Below are positions 18,793 to 30,324 of a DNA stretch of 64,000 bases, piece by piece (position 1 is the stretch's first letter; the number at the start of each line of letters is the position of its first letter). The notes under the pieces were generated by a model. It saw only the letters and a program-made list of their open reading frames with translations. It searched no databases and was not told the DNA's origin. The position numbers and the translations under genes were made by a program. This DNA is from an uncultured Acidobacteriota bacterium (lineage in GTDB: Bacteria; Acidobacteriota; Vicinamibacteria; Vicinamibacterales; CAVVIG01), in contig CAVOHK010000005.1 of the NCBI GenBank assembly GCA_963695635.1, positions 135,078-199,077 of the forward strand, in the 5' to 3' direction.

Positions 18793-21111
18793 ATGCCGAG
18801 TCTGTTGTTAGTCCTTGTCGCGGTTGTGTCGGTCGCGCCCCTCACCTCGGGTCCCGCGGCCGTTCCACTGGTGCGAGGCCACGTCGCCGATTCGCAGGGT
18901 GCAGCCGTCCCCGGTGCAACGGTGACTGCCACGAATGATGCCGGGTTGCAGCGCGAAACGGCGACCGACGTGCGCGGCGATTTCGAATTGCCGCTCGAGC
19001 CGGGCATCTACACCGTGCGAATCGCGCTCGATGGCTTTACGACGACCTCACGGCGCGTTACCGCCGGCCACGGCCTGACCGAGCGGCTCGAGATTGTGCT
19101 GCAGGTCGCCGGCTTGTCCGAAGCGGTGACCGTCACGGCCCTTGCCCAGGATCACGCGCCCGCGATCACCAGCGCCACCCGAACGCTGACGCCGCTGCGC
19201 GATGTCCCGCAGTCGGTCACCATCGTGCCGCAACAGCTGATCAAAGACCAGATGATGACCAGCATGGCCGACGTGGTCCGCTACGTGCCGGGCGTGACGT
19301 CGCATCAGGGCGAGAATAACCGCGACCAGCTGGTGATCCGCGGCAACAGCACCTCGGCCGACTTCTTCGTCAACGGCGTGCGCGACGACGTGCAGTACTA
19401 CCGCGATCTCTACAACCTGGATCGCGTCGAAGCCCTCAAGGGTCCGAACGCGATGGTCTTCGGCCGCGGCGGCGCCGGCGGCGTGATCAATCGCGTCACG
19501 AAAGAGGCCGGGTTCGGTCCGCTCCGCGAAGCGACTTTGCAGGCCGGGGCGTTCGGCCAGAAGCGCCTGACGACCGATCTCAATCAGCCGCTCGGATCGC
19601 ACACCGCGTTCCGGCTCAACGCGATGTTCGACGACGCCGACAGCTTTCGCGACTTCGTCGGCCTGCAGCGCTACGGCGTGACGCCGACGATGACGGTGGT
19701 TCCCGATGCGCGGACCAAGTTCACGATGCGCTACGAATACTTGCACGACCGCCGCGTCGCCGACCGCGGCATTACCTCAGTCGCCGGCCGTCCGGCGAGC
19801 GTCCCGATCGAGACGTTTTACGGAAATCCGCAGGAAAGCGATGTCAACAGCGACGTGCACCTCGGCTCGGCTTCGGTGGAGCGGTTGTTCGCGAACGTCA
19901 CGCTGCGGAATCACACGGTGGTGGCGCACTACGATCGGTTCTACCAGAATTTCGTCCCCGGCGCCCCGAATGCGGCGCTGACCCAGGTCGCGATCACCGC
20001 GTACAACAACGCCACCGTCCGCGACAACCTGTTCAACCAGACCGATGCGTCATCGGTGGTGACCACCGGCAAGCTTCGTCACACGCTGCTGGCTGGTTCG
20101 GAGTTCGGACGACAGTTGACCGACAACTTTCGCAACACCGGCTATTTCAACAACACCGCGACGTCGATCCTTGTCCCCTTCGCAAATCCGACTCGTCACC
20201 GTCCCGGTGACGTTCCGCCAGAGCGCGACCGACGCCGACAACCATCTTCGGGCAACGGTTGCGGCGGTCTACGCGCAGGATCAGATCGAGTTTTCACAGC
20301 GCGTCCAGCTCCTGGCAGGCCTCCGTTTCGACCGCTTCGACCTTGAGTATCACAACCAGCGAACCGGAGAAACACTCGAGCGGCCCGACAATCTGCTGTC
20401 GCCGCGCATCGGACTGGTCGTCAAACCAATGCCGCCGGTGTCGGTTTATAGCAGCTACAGCGTGTCGTATCTTCCCAGCTCTGGCGATCAGTTCTCGTCG
20501 CTGACGGTGGTGACGGAGCAGGTGAAGCCGGAACGATTCAACAACTACGAAGCCGGCGTGAAATGGGACATCCGGCCGGCGTTGGCCCTGACCACCGCCG
20601 TCTACCGTCTCGATCGAACGAACACCCGATCGACCGACCCCGACGATCCGACGCGAATTGTGCAGACCGGCGCAACCCGCACCAACGGCTACGAGTTCGG
20701 GCTTGAGCGGCAACGTTACTCAGGCCTGGCGCGTCGCGGCAGGCTACACCTGGCAGGATGCGTCGATCGTGCGCGCGACGGTCGCGGCGGCTGCCGGCGC
20801 GCAGGTCGCACAGGTTCCGCACCAGACGCTGTCGATTTGGAACAACTATCAATGTCACCCGCGGTTAGCGGCGGGCGTGGGAGTGTCGTATCGCTCCGAC
20901 ATGTTCGCGGCCGTCGACAACACCGTCGTGCTGCCGTCGTACGTTCGGGCCGACGCGGCAGCCTATTTCCGCGCTGACGCCGCAGCTGCGCCTGCAGACC
21001 AACGTCGAGAACATGTTCAATCGGAAGTACTACGTCAACGCCGACAGCAACACCAACATTTCGCCCGGATCGCCGCGCGCGGTGAGGGTCGGCGTTACTG
21101 CGACTTTCTAA
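18793..21111 (+). CDS. TonB-dependent siderophore receptor with N-terminal carboxypeptidase-regulatory-like domain; about 3 indels
   Basis: SATRTLTPLRDVPQSV plug, RVEALKGPNAMVFGRGGAGG, YAQDQI, NYEAGVK, NVENMFNRKY, C-terminal Phe. Confidence 0.9.
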
Positions 21112-21112
21112 A

Positions 21113-21137
21113 ATCTCAGTTCTCAGTTCTCAGTTCT
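21113..21137. repeat. Short 7-bp tandem repeat (TTCTCAG)x3.5 between convergent genes
   Basis: ATCTCAG TTCTCAG TTCTCAG TTCT. Confidence 0.75.
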
Positions 21138-22395
21138 TCAGCCTCTCGCCTGCGCGATCAGCAGCGCGATCGACAGCGCGGCCATCGCCGCAACCGTGAA
21201 CCACGACACGACGTTGTACCACCGCGAGTTGACATGCTCACCCATCAGCTCGCGGTCGTTCATCAGCAGCAGCATGAACACCAGGACGAACGGCAGCAGG
21301 ATGCCGTTGACGACCTGCGACAGCACCATCACGCGGAACAGCGGGAACCGCGGCAGCAGCAAGACACCGGCGCCAAGCACGATCAAGCGCCGTGTATAAC
21401 CAGTAGAATGCCGGCGCTTCGTCGAAGCGTTTGTCGAGCCCCGATTCCAGGCCCAACCCTTCGCAGACTGCATAAGCCGTCGAGATCGGCAGAATCGACG
21501 CGGCAAACAGCGACGCGTTGAACAGGCCGGCGGCGAACAACAGGAAGGCGTAGTCGCCGGCGAGCGGCCGCAGCGCCATCGCCGCGTCGGCGCCGGTTTC
21601 GATGTTGAACTTGCCGACCGAATGCAGCGTCGCCGCGCAGGCGACGACAATGAACCAGGCGACGATTGCCGCGAACAGGCAGCCGACGATCACATCGGCG
21701 CGCGACGCCTTGTACTGCCTGATCGTGACGCCCTTTTCGACGATCGACGCCTGCAGGTAAAACTGCATCCACGGCGCGATGGTGGTGCCGACCAGGCCGA
21801 TCACCAGCGAGAGATAGCCGTAATTCCGGAAGCCGATGCTGTCCGGCCTGGTCACCGTCGACAGCGCCGCTGCCCGCCAGTCCGGCTTTGCCAGCACGCC
21901 CGACACCACGTACGCCACGTAGAACAGCGACGCCGACAGGAAGATTTTTTCGACACTGTTGTAGGTGCCATGCACCACCAGCGCCCAGACGAACAGCGCC
22001 GCCAGCGGGACCACTATGTACTTCGAGACCTTGAACAACTCGAGCGCGCTGGCGACGCCGGCGAATTCCGCGACGATATTGCCGAAGTTCGTCACGACCA
22101 GCGCCAGCATCAGGAAGAAGGTGACGCGAAAGCCGAATTCCTCGCGGATCAGATCGCTCAAGCCTTTGCCGGTCACCGCCCCCATCCGCGCCGACATCTC
22201 CTGGATCATCACCAGCGCGATGGTCGTCGGGATCATCACCCACAGCAGCGAGTAGCCGAATTGCGCGCCGGCGACGGAGTAGGTAGCGATGCCGCCGGCG
22301 TCGTTGTCGACGCTGGCGGTGATGAAACCGGGACCGATCACCGCCAACGTAAGTGCGAGACGACTGCGCCAGCCCTTGCGAAAAAAGTTTTTCAC
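21138..22395 (-). CDS. NRAMP-family divalent cation transporter, Mg2+-type (NrmT-like); one indel near 21390
   Basis: GPGFITASVDNDAGGIATYS, QEMSARMGAVTGKGL, GTTIAPWMQFY; hydrophobic C-terminus in a second frame. Confidence 0.88.
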
Positions 22396-22405
22396 GGCGC
22401 GCGCC

Positions 22406-23644
22406 TCAGTGGTGGTGCCGCAGCATGGTGATCACGTCGTCGGCGGTAATGATGCCGGCGATGCGTCCATGCTCGTCGACGACCGCCAGCGTGATCAGGT
22501 TGTATTTGTCGAACAGCGCAGCCACTTCGCTTTCAGGCGTATCGGGTGCGCAGGCGACGTACGGTTCGCTGATCGCGGCAAGTGGCGTGGCCGGCGACGA
22601 GATCGCAATCTTGACCAGCGGTACCGCTCCAACCAGTCGCTGACCGGGGCCAGTCAGATAGATGGTCGCGAGCGCTTCGCGGCTGCCCTCGAAGCGCTTG
22701 AGCGCCTCGATGGCGTCGTCGGCCACGCCGGTTTCGGCGATCGCGACGAACTCCGTGGTCATGCGGCCGGCGGCGGTGTGCTCCGGGAATTCGAGGAGCT
22801 GCGTGACTTCCTGCCGCTCCTCCGGGTCCATCTCCTTGAGGATCTCGCCCGAGTGCTCTTCGCGCAGCTCGCCGAGCAGGTCGGCCGCCGCGTCCGGATC
22901 CATTTCCTCGACGATGTCGGCGGCGCGATCCTTGTCCAGTGATTCGACGATCGATTTCTGAACGTCCGGATCCAGTTCTTCGAGGGTCTCGGCGGCCACT
23001 TCTTCGGAGATCGTTTCGAAGACGGCCTCGCGTTCCGCCGGCGGCAGGTCTTCGACGATGTCGGCGATGTCGGCCGGGTGCAGTTTCGAGAGACCTTCGT
23101 AGGCGATCTTCAGCTTCACGCGCCGCGCCGGATCGGTTTCGATCAGGTCGACGAACTGCCACGGGATAACCCGCGGCGGAATCCGCTGCAACAGCGCGCG
23201 CAGCGTGAACGACGGGACGACGCCCTTCGAGAGCCGTCGGATGGCGCCGCGGGCGCCGACGTCCACCGCGACGACGTCGAGCATCAGGTGGCTGTTCACC
23301 GGGGTGCATTCGAGCTCGACATCGTTGACCCGGACAACCTTGCGGCCATGCACGTCGATAATCTGCTGGTCGAGGAGGTCGCGTTTCAGCAGCAGGACGC
23401 CGTCCGACGGCGAATAGCGCAGCCACGCAGACATGTCGCTGGCGGCACGGACCGAGGCGCCGGCGGTTTTCAGCGCGTCCAACGGCAGCATCCGCTCGCC
23501 GTCGGCGGTTTTTACTACGAGAAAAGCGATCCGGGTGGGATGGTCCTGTGGCGCAACCGCGATTTCACGCACCCGTCCACGCACGGTGCCGCTGGCATCG
23601 CGCACGGTGGCGCCGAGCAACTCGGACAGGGCAACGAGTGACAT
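22406..23644 (-). CDS. Soluble MgtE-N/CBS protein with PRC-barrel-like N-terminus, no membrane domain
   Basis: LLDQQIIDVHGRKVVRVND, LHPADIADIVEDL, MDPDAAADLL, AAGRMTTEF, GIITADDV then stop. Confidence 0.88.
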   Translation of the reverse strand: MSLVALSELLGATVRDASGTVRGRVREIAVAPQDHPTRIAFLVVKTADGERMLPLDALKTAGASVRAASDMSAWLRYSPSDGVLLLKRDLLDQQIIDVHGRKVVRVNDVELECTPVNSHLMLDVVAVDVGARGAIRRLSKGVVPSFTLRALLQRIPPRVIPWQFVDLIETDPARRVKLKIAYEGLSKLHPADIADIVEDLPPAEREAVFETISEEVAAETLEELDPDVQKSIVESLDKDRAADIVEEMDPDAAADLLGELREEHSGEILKEMDPEERQEVTQLLEFPEHTAAGRMTTEFVAIAETGVADDAIEALKRFEGSREALATIYLTGPGQRLVGAVPLVKIAISSPATPLAAISEPYVACAPDTPESEVAALFDKYNLITLAVVDEHGRIAGIITADDVITMLRHHH

Positions 23645-23692
23645 TGGCCAGGGTCCACGGGCATTGCGATCCGATCCATTGTAACGCGGTGA

Positions 23693-24910
23693 TTAATGAA
23701 TATGGGATGGAGAAATCGTGTTGGGACGCCAGCGGACGAAAAAATGAAACGAATGGGACCCTTCGTAGAAGGTCTCGAGGTCGGGAGACATGTGATACAG
23801 CGTGATGTCGGCGCCGAGACCCAGCCGGCTCCACTTCGATTGGATGATGTCGGTCACGCTGCCGAGCGTCAGCGCGTCAATGTGCGAGTAGACGTGCGGG
23901 TGTTCGAAGCCCCTCGGATGGAATCCGAGGCCGAACAGCTGTTTCACGGCAATTTCCCCGCGACCGTAGAGCGACGTCCGCGTCGCCGCGCGCCAATCCC
24001 ATTCGAGGAGAAACCCGTCCGACACGCCGTTCTGCACGACCTTCGCGCGGTTTTCTCCCCAGCCAAATGTCGCGTCCAGTTTGCGATCGGCGATCGCTCC
24101 GCTGAAGCCGATCGACGCGGTCAGCCGCGTGTGGTCGTACGGTTCGAACCATTCCGGTTTGTGCAACAACCCGCCCGAAAACTGCGCCGACCATGGCCCG
24201 CGCCGATACGAGACGCGAGCCGCCCACGAATCGAGCGCCGGCTTTTCGATGTTCATGCGGTGCTCATCCGGTTCGGCGCCACGGAATGCCGAAGCTTCGA
24301 ACACAAAGCCGCTCAATTCAACGCCACCTCGGATGACGCCGGTACTGATATGTGTCGAATCCATGAAGTGATGGGTAAGCGGAACTTGCGGGTTATCGCG
24401 CGCCGATTCCCGATGCATGAACGCCGTCGGCCCGAGCGTCGGCGATCCCACCAGGTCGCCGCCGAACGCATAGGTGGCGCGGGACCGAACCAGGCGATAG
24501 CTCGCGCCGAGCCCCATGACCAGATCGTGGGGATGCTGAAAATTGACCAGCGGCGCGCCTTCGAAGCTTTCGCCGGTTTGAAACAACTGCGGCGAACCAC
24601 CGGTCGGCGGAATGCGGAAGCCGCCGCCATACACCCACTTGCCGATAGTGAACGGCTCGAGCGAAATCATCGTGTGGATGAGCAAACGTCCTGGTCCAAC
24701 GTACCGATCGCCGGTGCCCATGAACCAGTTCTGCACGTCCCACGACGAAAAATCAGCGAAATGACGCTGTTGATAGTTATAGCCGGCAAAGACGTTGGCG
24801 TCGGCCGACCAACTCCAGGCCGGCGGTGGGCCCGCGACCGGCTCCTGCGCCGCGAGGCGAAGCGGAGCCAGGCACAGGAATAAGAGCAGCGTGGTCCGTG
24901 TTACTCTCAC
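23693..24910 (-). CDS. His-rich exported protein, probable outer-membrane beta-barrel (start 24910 GTG or 24928 ATG)
   Basis: Signal peptide; LFQTGE, QHPHDL, FMHRESA, PLTHHFMDSTHI; alternating beta-strand pattern. Confidence 0.7.
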   Translation of the reverse strand: MRVTRTTLLLFLCLAPLRLAAQEPVAGPPPAWSWSADANVFAGYNYQQRHFADFSSWDVQNWFMGTGDRYVGPGRLLIHTMISLEPFTIGKWVYGGGFRIPPTGGSPQLFQTGESFEGAPLVNFQHPHDLVMGLGASYRLVRSRATYAFGGDLVGSPTLGPTAFMHRESARDNPQVPLTHHFMDSTHISTGVIRGGVELSGFVFEASAFRGAEPDEHRMNIEKPALDSWAARVSYRRGPWSAQFSGGLLHKPEWFEPYDHTRLTASIGFSGAIADRKLDATFGWGENRAKVVQNGVSDGFLLEWDWRAATRTSLYGRGEIAVKQLFGLGFHPRGFEHPHVYSHIDALTLGSVTDIIQSKWSRLGLGADITLYHMSPDLETFYEGSHSFHFFVRWRPNTISPSHIH

Positions 24911-24917
24911 AGAAGCA

Positions 24918-25304
24918 ATGGGCGTCATCCGACGTCGTCTCGTATGGCTCGCGTCCCTGGGGCTGGCGTGTCAACTCGCCGGCTTGGCCAGCGCGCCTGC
25001 GCTTGTTGCCTTTGGTGTTGCCACGGCGAGCGAAGACGACTGCGGCTGCCCGAACGTAGCGCCGGGACAGATGTGTCCCATGCACCATCATTCCCGCAAG
25101 GGTAAAGACGATGGTACATGCAAGATGCGTAGCGGCTGCCAACCACCAGAAGTAGCCCTATTATCGATGGCCGGCGGTCCCGGCATCCTTCCGAATGCCA
25201 CGCAGGTCGTAATCGCTTTCGATCTTGCCGCGCCAGTCGCGCACCGTCCATCGCTGGCGCTCTCCCGCGCAGCACGTCCCGAATCGCCGCCTCCTCGCTC
25301 CTAG
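24918..25304 (+). CDS. Small Cys/His-rich protein with Pro-rich C-terminus, DUF2946/CopL-like leader
   Basis: N-terminal hydrophobic segment, CGC, CPMHHH, C...C, ends RPESPPPRS; directly precedes a TonB receptor. Confidence 0.7.
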   Translation: MGVIRRRLVWLASLGLACQLAGLASAPALVAFGVATASEDDCGCPNVAPGQMCPMHHHSRKGKDDGTCKMRSGCQPPEVALLSMAGGPGILPNATQVVIAFDLAAPVAHRPSLALSRAARPESPPPRS

Positions 25305-25352
25305 ACTCGCCGGTTCGTTTTCTTTTCTTCGAGTCTCCGAAGAGGTGTCTTC

Positions 25353-28159
25353 ATGCATGTCAAATGGAGACCGCTGGCGCTTTGGCTGGCGGTCATTGGA
25401 ACAGGCGTTGCCGTCGACGCGCGGCGGGTGAGCGCTCAATCGGCTACCGCGAGCGTCACCGGGAGCGTTCGCGACGCGAGCGAAGCGGTCGTGCCGGGCG
25501 CAACCGTCGAAATCAGAAATCACGACACCAATCAGGTGTGGCAGAACGTCACCGACGAGCGAGGCCGCTTTCGGTTGCTGTATCTGCCGGTTGGCGACTA
25601 TCACCTGTCGGTGCAGTTGACCGGGTTCACCACCGCGAACGCGAATCTGACGCTGGCGGTCGGCGACCAGATCGACGTGCCGATCCTGCTCAAGCCGGCG
25701 GCGGTCAGCGAAGACGTGCGCGTGGAAGCCGCGCCACTGGTCGAAACCCGCCGCACCAACGTGGCATCGGCGATCACTCCGCAGGAAGTGGACGCGCTGC
25801 CGCTGAACGGCCGCAACTATCTCGACCTCGCGTTGCTGGTGCCGAATGTGTCGCGCACCAATCTGCGAACGACCGATCGCTTCGCCGAGACGTCGGCCAT
25901 TCCCGGGCACCGGTGTGTCGGTCTCCGGGCAGCGCAACTTGAACAACAACTTCGTCGTCGACGGCTTGTCGGCGAACGACGATGCCGCCGATCTGGCAGG
26001 GACCTATCTCAGTCAGGAAGTGGTTCGCGAGTTCGAGGTGGTCACCGCCGGCGGCGGCGCGGAATACGGCCGCGCGTCGAGCGGCACGATCAGCGTCGTC
26101 ACGCAGTCGGGCACCAACCGTTACGCCGGACGGGTCTACGAATTCTTCCGCAACGATGTGCTCGACGAATCGAATCCGTTGGCGACGCGCAAGGATCCGT
26201 TGAACCAGAACCAGTTTGGCTTCACGTTGGGCGGCCCGATCGTCAACGACCGGACGTTCTGGTTCGCGCAACGTGGAGCGCACGCAGCAGGATCGCACCG
26301 GCATCGTGACGATCGCGCCGCATCGGTCCTTGCCGTCAACGCGGCGCTTGACGCGGTCGGTTATCGCGGACCGCGCATCACGCACCGGAAATTTTCCAAC
26401 CGGCTACACCGACCAACACGTTGTTTGGCCGGCTCGATCACCAGGTCGGCGCGCCGTCGCGTCTGCAGATCCGCTACAACATCTACGACGTGCTGAGCGC
26501 CAACGCTCGCAACGTCGTCGGGACTGAGTGATGTCAGCCGCGGCACCGCGTTGGACGACACCGACCAGACGATCGCCGCCAGCTATTTGACGACAATATC
26601 GTCGAGCACGATCAACGAAGCCCGCGTGCAATACATGCACAGCCGGCTCGCCGCGCCAGTCAACGACCCGATCGGTCCGGCGGTGTCGATTTCCGGTGTT
26701 GCGAATTTCGGGACGTCCACGTCGTCGCCGACCGGCCGCAACGCCGACGTCGTCCAGGTGACCGACACGCTCACCTTGCAACGCGCCACGCACCTGTTCA
26801 AGGCCGGTGCCGACGTGCTGTATAACCGGGTCTGCATCGACTTTCCGGGCGCGTTGCAGGGTTCCTACACCTTCACGAACCTCGCGAATTTCCAGCGCGG
26901 GATCTACTCGCAGTTTCAGCAGGCCTTCGGCTTGACCGTCGCTGACGCAGTCCAATCCGAACCTCGGGGTCTTTGCGCAGGACGAATGGCGGCTGCGCCA
27001 GGACCTGACACTCGATGTCGGCGTCCGCTACGACGGGCAATGGCTGCCGGAGCCGTCTGATGTTCGACGGCAACAACGTTTCGCCGCGCGTCGGCGTCGC
27101 CTACGCGCCCGGCGACGGGCGCACGGTGATCCGCGCAAACGCCGGAATCTATTTCGATCGCATCCCGCTGCGCGCCACGTCGAATGCGATTCAGCGTGAC
27201 GGCACGCATTACCAGACCGCGGTGCTTTCGTTCGGACAGCTCGCCGCGCCGGCCTGGCCCGGCGTTCTCAATTCGTTTCCGGCCGGCGTACTCGTGTCGA
27301 TTACCAACATCAATCCTGCGATTCAGAATCAGCGCAACGATCAGGTCGGGGTTCAAGTCGAACGCGCGCTCGGCTCGCCATTGGTCGACGCAAGTCGGCT
27401 ACACGCACGTTCGCGGTCACGGCATCATCATGTCGCACAACGTGAACGTCCCGACGCTGACGCCGGCGCAGGCGGCCGCCGCCGGCATTGCCAATCTCGG
27501 CCGTCCCGATCCGCGCTACGGCAACATCTCGCCAGTACGATTCGATCGGCGACGCCTGGTTCGACGGTTTGACGGCATCGCTCGAAACCCGTCGTGCGGC
27601 GTGGGGTCGCGCGCGCGTCTCGTACACGCTGTCGAACGCCGAAGATACGTCGGGCAACGCGTTCTTTCAGAGTCCGCAAACGCAGAACGACATCCTCGCC
27701 GAACGAGGACCGTCCGACAACGACCAGCGGCATCGCCTGGTCGTCAGCGGCACTGTGGACCGCGGCCTTGCCGGCTTCCAGTTTGGCTGGGTCTACGCCT
27801 ACGCCTCGGCGTTGCCGTTCAACATCGTCACCGGTGCCGACAACAACAACGACACGACCGTGAACGACCGGCCGGCCGGAGTCGGCACGTAACGCCGGAC
27901 GCTTTCCGTGCTTCGACGATCTGAACGCGACCTGCGGGTCGAGCGACGCTCGACGTGCGGTTGTCGCGAACGCTTCGGTCTGGGCAAGAGCCGCAAACTG
28001 GACGTGATGGTCGAGGGCTTCAACGTGTTCAACCGCGCGAACGTTGTCAACGTCAACAACACGATTGGGAACAATCCGACGCCGTCGCCAACCTTCCGTC
28101 AGGTGACGGCGGTTGGCGATATGCGGCAATTTCAGCTGGGAATCCGATGCACCTTCTAG
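25353..28159 (+). CDS. TonB-dependent receptor, Oar-like; many indels, possibly a pseudogene
   Basis: GSVRDASEAVVPGATV, LPLNGRNYLDL, VREFEV, YEFFRND, NQNQFGFTLGGPI, FAQDEW, FNVFNRAN, RQFQLGIRCTF across several frames. Confidence 0.85.
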
Positions 28160-29358
28160 CAGCATTTGCGGTTGCAGTGACGCTGTCGGTTCCGGATCGC
28201 AGTAACGCGACACCGACGGTCGCTGCCGACGGCGCGTTTGTCACCGTCGTCTGGGGCGCGACGCTGCCTTCGGGGGTCACCGATATTTTCGCGGCAGTCA
28301 GTCGTGACGCCGCGCACACGTTCGGTTCGGCCGTGCGCGTGAACGACGTCGACGGCGACGCGCGGGTCAATGGCGAACAGCCGCCACGCGTCGCATTGGT
28401 GAAACGGCCCGGCCTCGACCCGTCGATCGTCGTCGTCTGGACGACAAAGGGCAAATCCGGAACCAAGCTGGTGATGGCGCGTTCAACCGACGGCGGCAAA
28501 ACGTTTTCGACGGCCACGACGGTTCCAGAAAGTGACGCCGCCGGCAACCGCGGTTGGCACAACCTGCTTGCCGCCGCCGATGGCAAGTTGTTCGCGATTT
28601 GGCTCGATCATCGCGAGATGGCCGATCACGCGATGGGTGCGGCGCCGCAACACGCGCATGGGTCGGCGACCCAAGCCAGTCGCGAAGACGGCGCCACGAT
28701 GGCGCAAAAGTCCAAGCTGTACGTCGGCACGATCGATGGCGGCACTCCGCCGCGTTCGGTTGTCGGCGGCGTGTGCTACTGCTGCAAGACGGCCATCGCC
28801 CAGGCGAGCGATGGAACCTTGTTTACGGCGTGGCGCCACGTATATCCAGGCAATTTCCGCGACATGGCGATGAGCGTGTCGCGTGATGGCGGCCGCACAT
28901 TCGCGCCACCGGTGCGTGTCAGTGAAGACCAATGGATGCTGGAAGGCTGTCCCGACGATGGTCCGGCGGTCGCTGTCGATGCGCGGAACGTTGCGCACAT
29001 TGTCTGGCCGACGCTGGTCAGCAATCAGAAGACCGCTGAGCCGACGATCGCGGTGTTCTACGCGTCAACACGCGACGGCAAAAGTTTCACGGCGCGGCGC
29101 CAGTTGGCGACCGAGGGCGTCGCTCATCACCCGCAAATCGTCATCGGCGTTGACGGAATGCCGGTGATCGTCTGGGACGAGTCCGGAGAGGGAGCTCGGC
29201 GGATCGTGATGGCGAGCGGTCCGCAGATGAACCGCCAGGTTCTCAGCGGGCCGCAGTCCGGTGTGTACCCGTCGATCGCGTCGACTGGTTCCGCGGTGGT
29301 CGTCGCCTGGACGGCCACCGCCGGCGGCACGTCGCGAATCGAGGTGCAGGTGCGGTAG
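28147..29358 (+). CDS. Exported BNR/sialidase-like beta-propeller with CxCC and His/Met-rich loop
   Basis: Asp-boxes STDGGKTF, SRDGGRTF, TRDGKSF; VCYCCKT; GCPDDGP; HREMADHAM...HAH. Confidence 0.8.
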   Translation: MHLLAAFAVAVTLSVPDRSNATPTVAADGAFVTVVWGATLPSGVTDIFAAVSRDAAHTFGSAVRVNDVDGDARVNGEQPPRVALVKRPGLDPSIVVVWTTKGKSGTKLVMARSTDGGKTFSTATTVPESDAAGNRGWHNLLAAADGKLFAIWLDHREMADHAMGAAPQHAHGSATQASREDGATMAQKSKLYVGTIDGGTPPRSVVGGVCYCCKTAIAQASDGTLFTAWRHVYPGNFRDMAMSVSRDGGRTFAPPVRVSEDQWMLEGCPDDGPAVAVDARNVAHIVWPTLVSNQKTAEPTIAVFYASTRDGKSFTARRQLATEGVAHHPQIVIGVDGMPVIVWDESGEGARRIVMASGPQMNRQVLSGPQSGVYPSIASTGSAVVVAWTATAGGTSRIEVQVR

Positions 29359-29361
29359 TTG

Positions 29362-30267
29362 TTACTTCTTCTTGGCGGCCAGTGCTTTTTGAATGGCCGC
29401 TACGGTGTTGGTCGCCCGCATCTCGACGATCTTTCTGGCGGTTTCGAGGTTCTTGGCCTTATCGGCGATCGACACGCCGTTGATCGTCGCTTTACCAGCC
29501 TTGACGCGCTGTTCCCACCGCACTGAATTGGGGTCGGTAACGAACATGTTGAGAGTGATTCCCGGGTCGTCGTGCAGATTGTCTTCCTTCATGCCTTCTT
29601 TGGTGACGCCGAGATCGGTCAGCAATTTCGCGACCGTGTTGTAGGCGTAGTACTCCGGGACGTGGACGACGGTCGGTTTCGAATTCCACTGCGCGTCGAG
29701 TTTGTCGGCGACGTTCTTCATGCCGGTGACGTTTCCGCCGCTGTCGCCAATCAGAATGATCTTCTCGAAGCCATGCAGCTTGTAGCTGGTGACGATGTCG
29801 GTCAGTACCGCTTCGAAGGTTTCTTCCTTCAAGCTGACGGTGCCAATGGTGGTCATGTGGCCGGACTTCGGTTCGAAGTCGCCTTCAGGTACGAACGGCA
29901 GGATCGGCGCGCACAGTGCGTCGCCGAGTTTTCGTGCGATCGCGTCACAGTTCGCCTTCAGCACGAAGTTGTGCTTGCCGAGCGCGAGCCAGGGCCCGTT
30001 CGGTTCGATGCCGCCGGTCGAGATGATCACGCTCTTCTTGCCGGCCCGAAACGCGTCGCGCACGTCCATCCACGTCATGTCTTCCATCCAGACCGTGTCG
30101 GGTGGCCTCAGCGGATTCGGTGTGTCGATGCAGTTATAGGGATTCTGCGCGCACTGGCCGCCGCCGGCATTGCGCGGATCAGCCGGCGGACGCTGACCGC
30201 CGCCTTGTGCGAGCAGGGATGACGCCGATATGACCAAAAGCGCCGCGAGAATCCATGCGCGTTTCAT
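29362..30267 (-). CDS. Secreted creatininase-family amidohydrolase
   Basis: MEDMTWMDV, STGGIEPNGP, GKHN, GDSGGN; signal peptide; AAGGAG SD. Confidence 0.82.
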   Translation of the reverse strand: MKRAWILAALLVISASSLLAQGGGQRPPADPRNAGGGQCAQNPYNCIDTPNPLRPPDTVWMEDMTWMDVRDAFRAGKKSVIISTGGIEPNGPWLALGKHNFVLKANCDAIARKLGDALCAPILPFVPEGDFEPKSGHMTTIGTVSLKEETFEAVLTDIVTSYKLHGFEKIILIGDSGGNVTGMKNVADKLDAQWNSKPTVVHVPEYYAYNTVAKLLTDLGVTKEGMKEDNLHDDPGITLNMFVTDPNSVRWEQRVKAGKATINGVSIADKAKNLETARKIVEMRATNTVAAIQKALAAKKK

Positions 30268-30324
30268 GAAGCACGCTCCTTGACGGGCGACATTCTACGC
30301 CGAAGCGTTAAGATTTCTGCGCCG

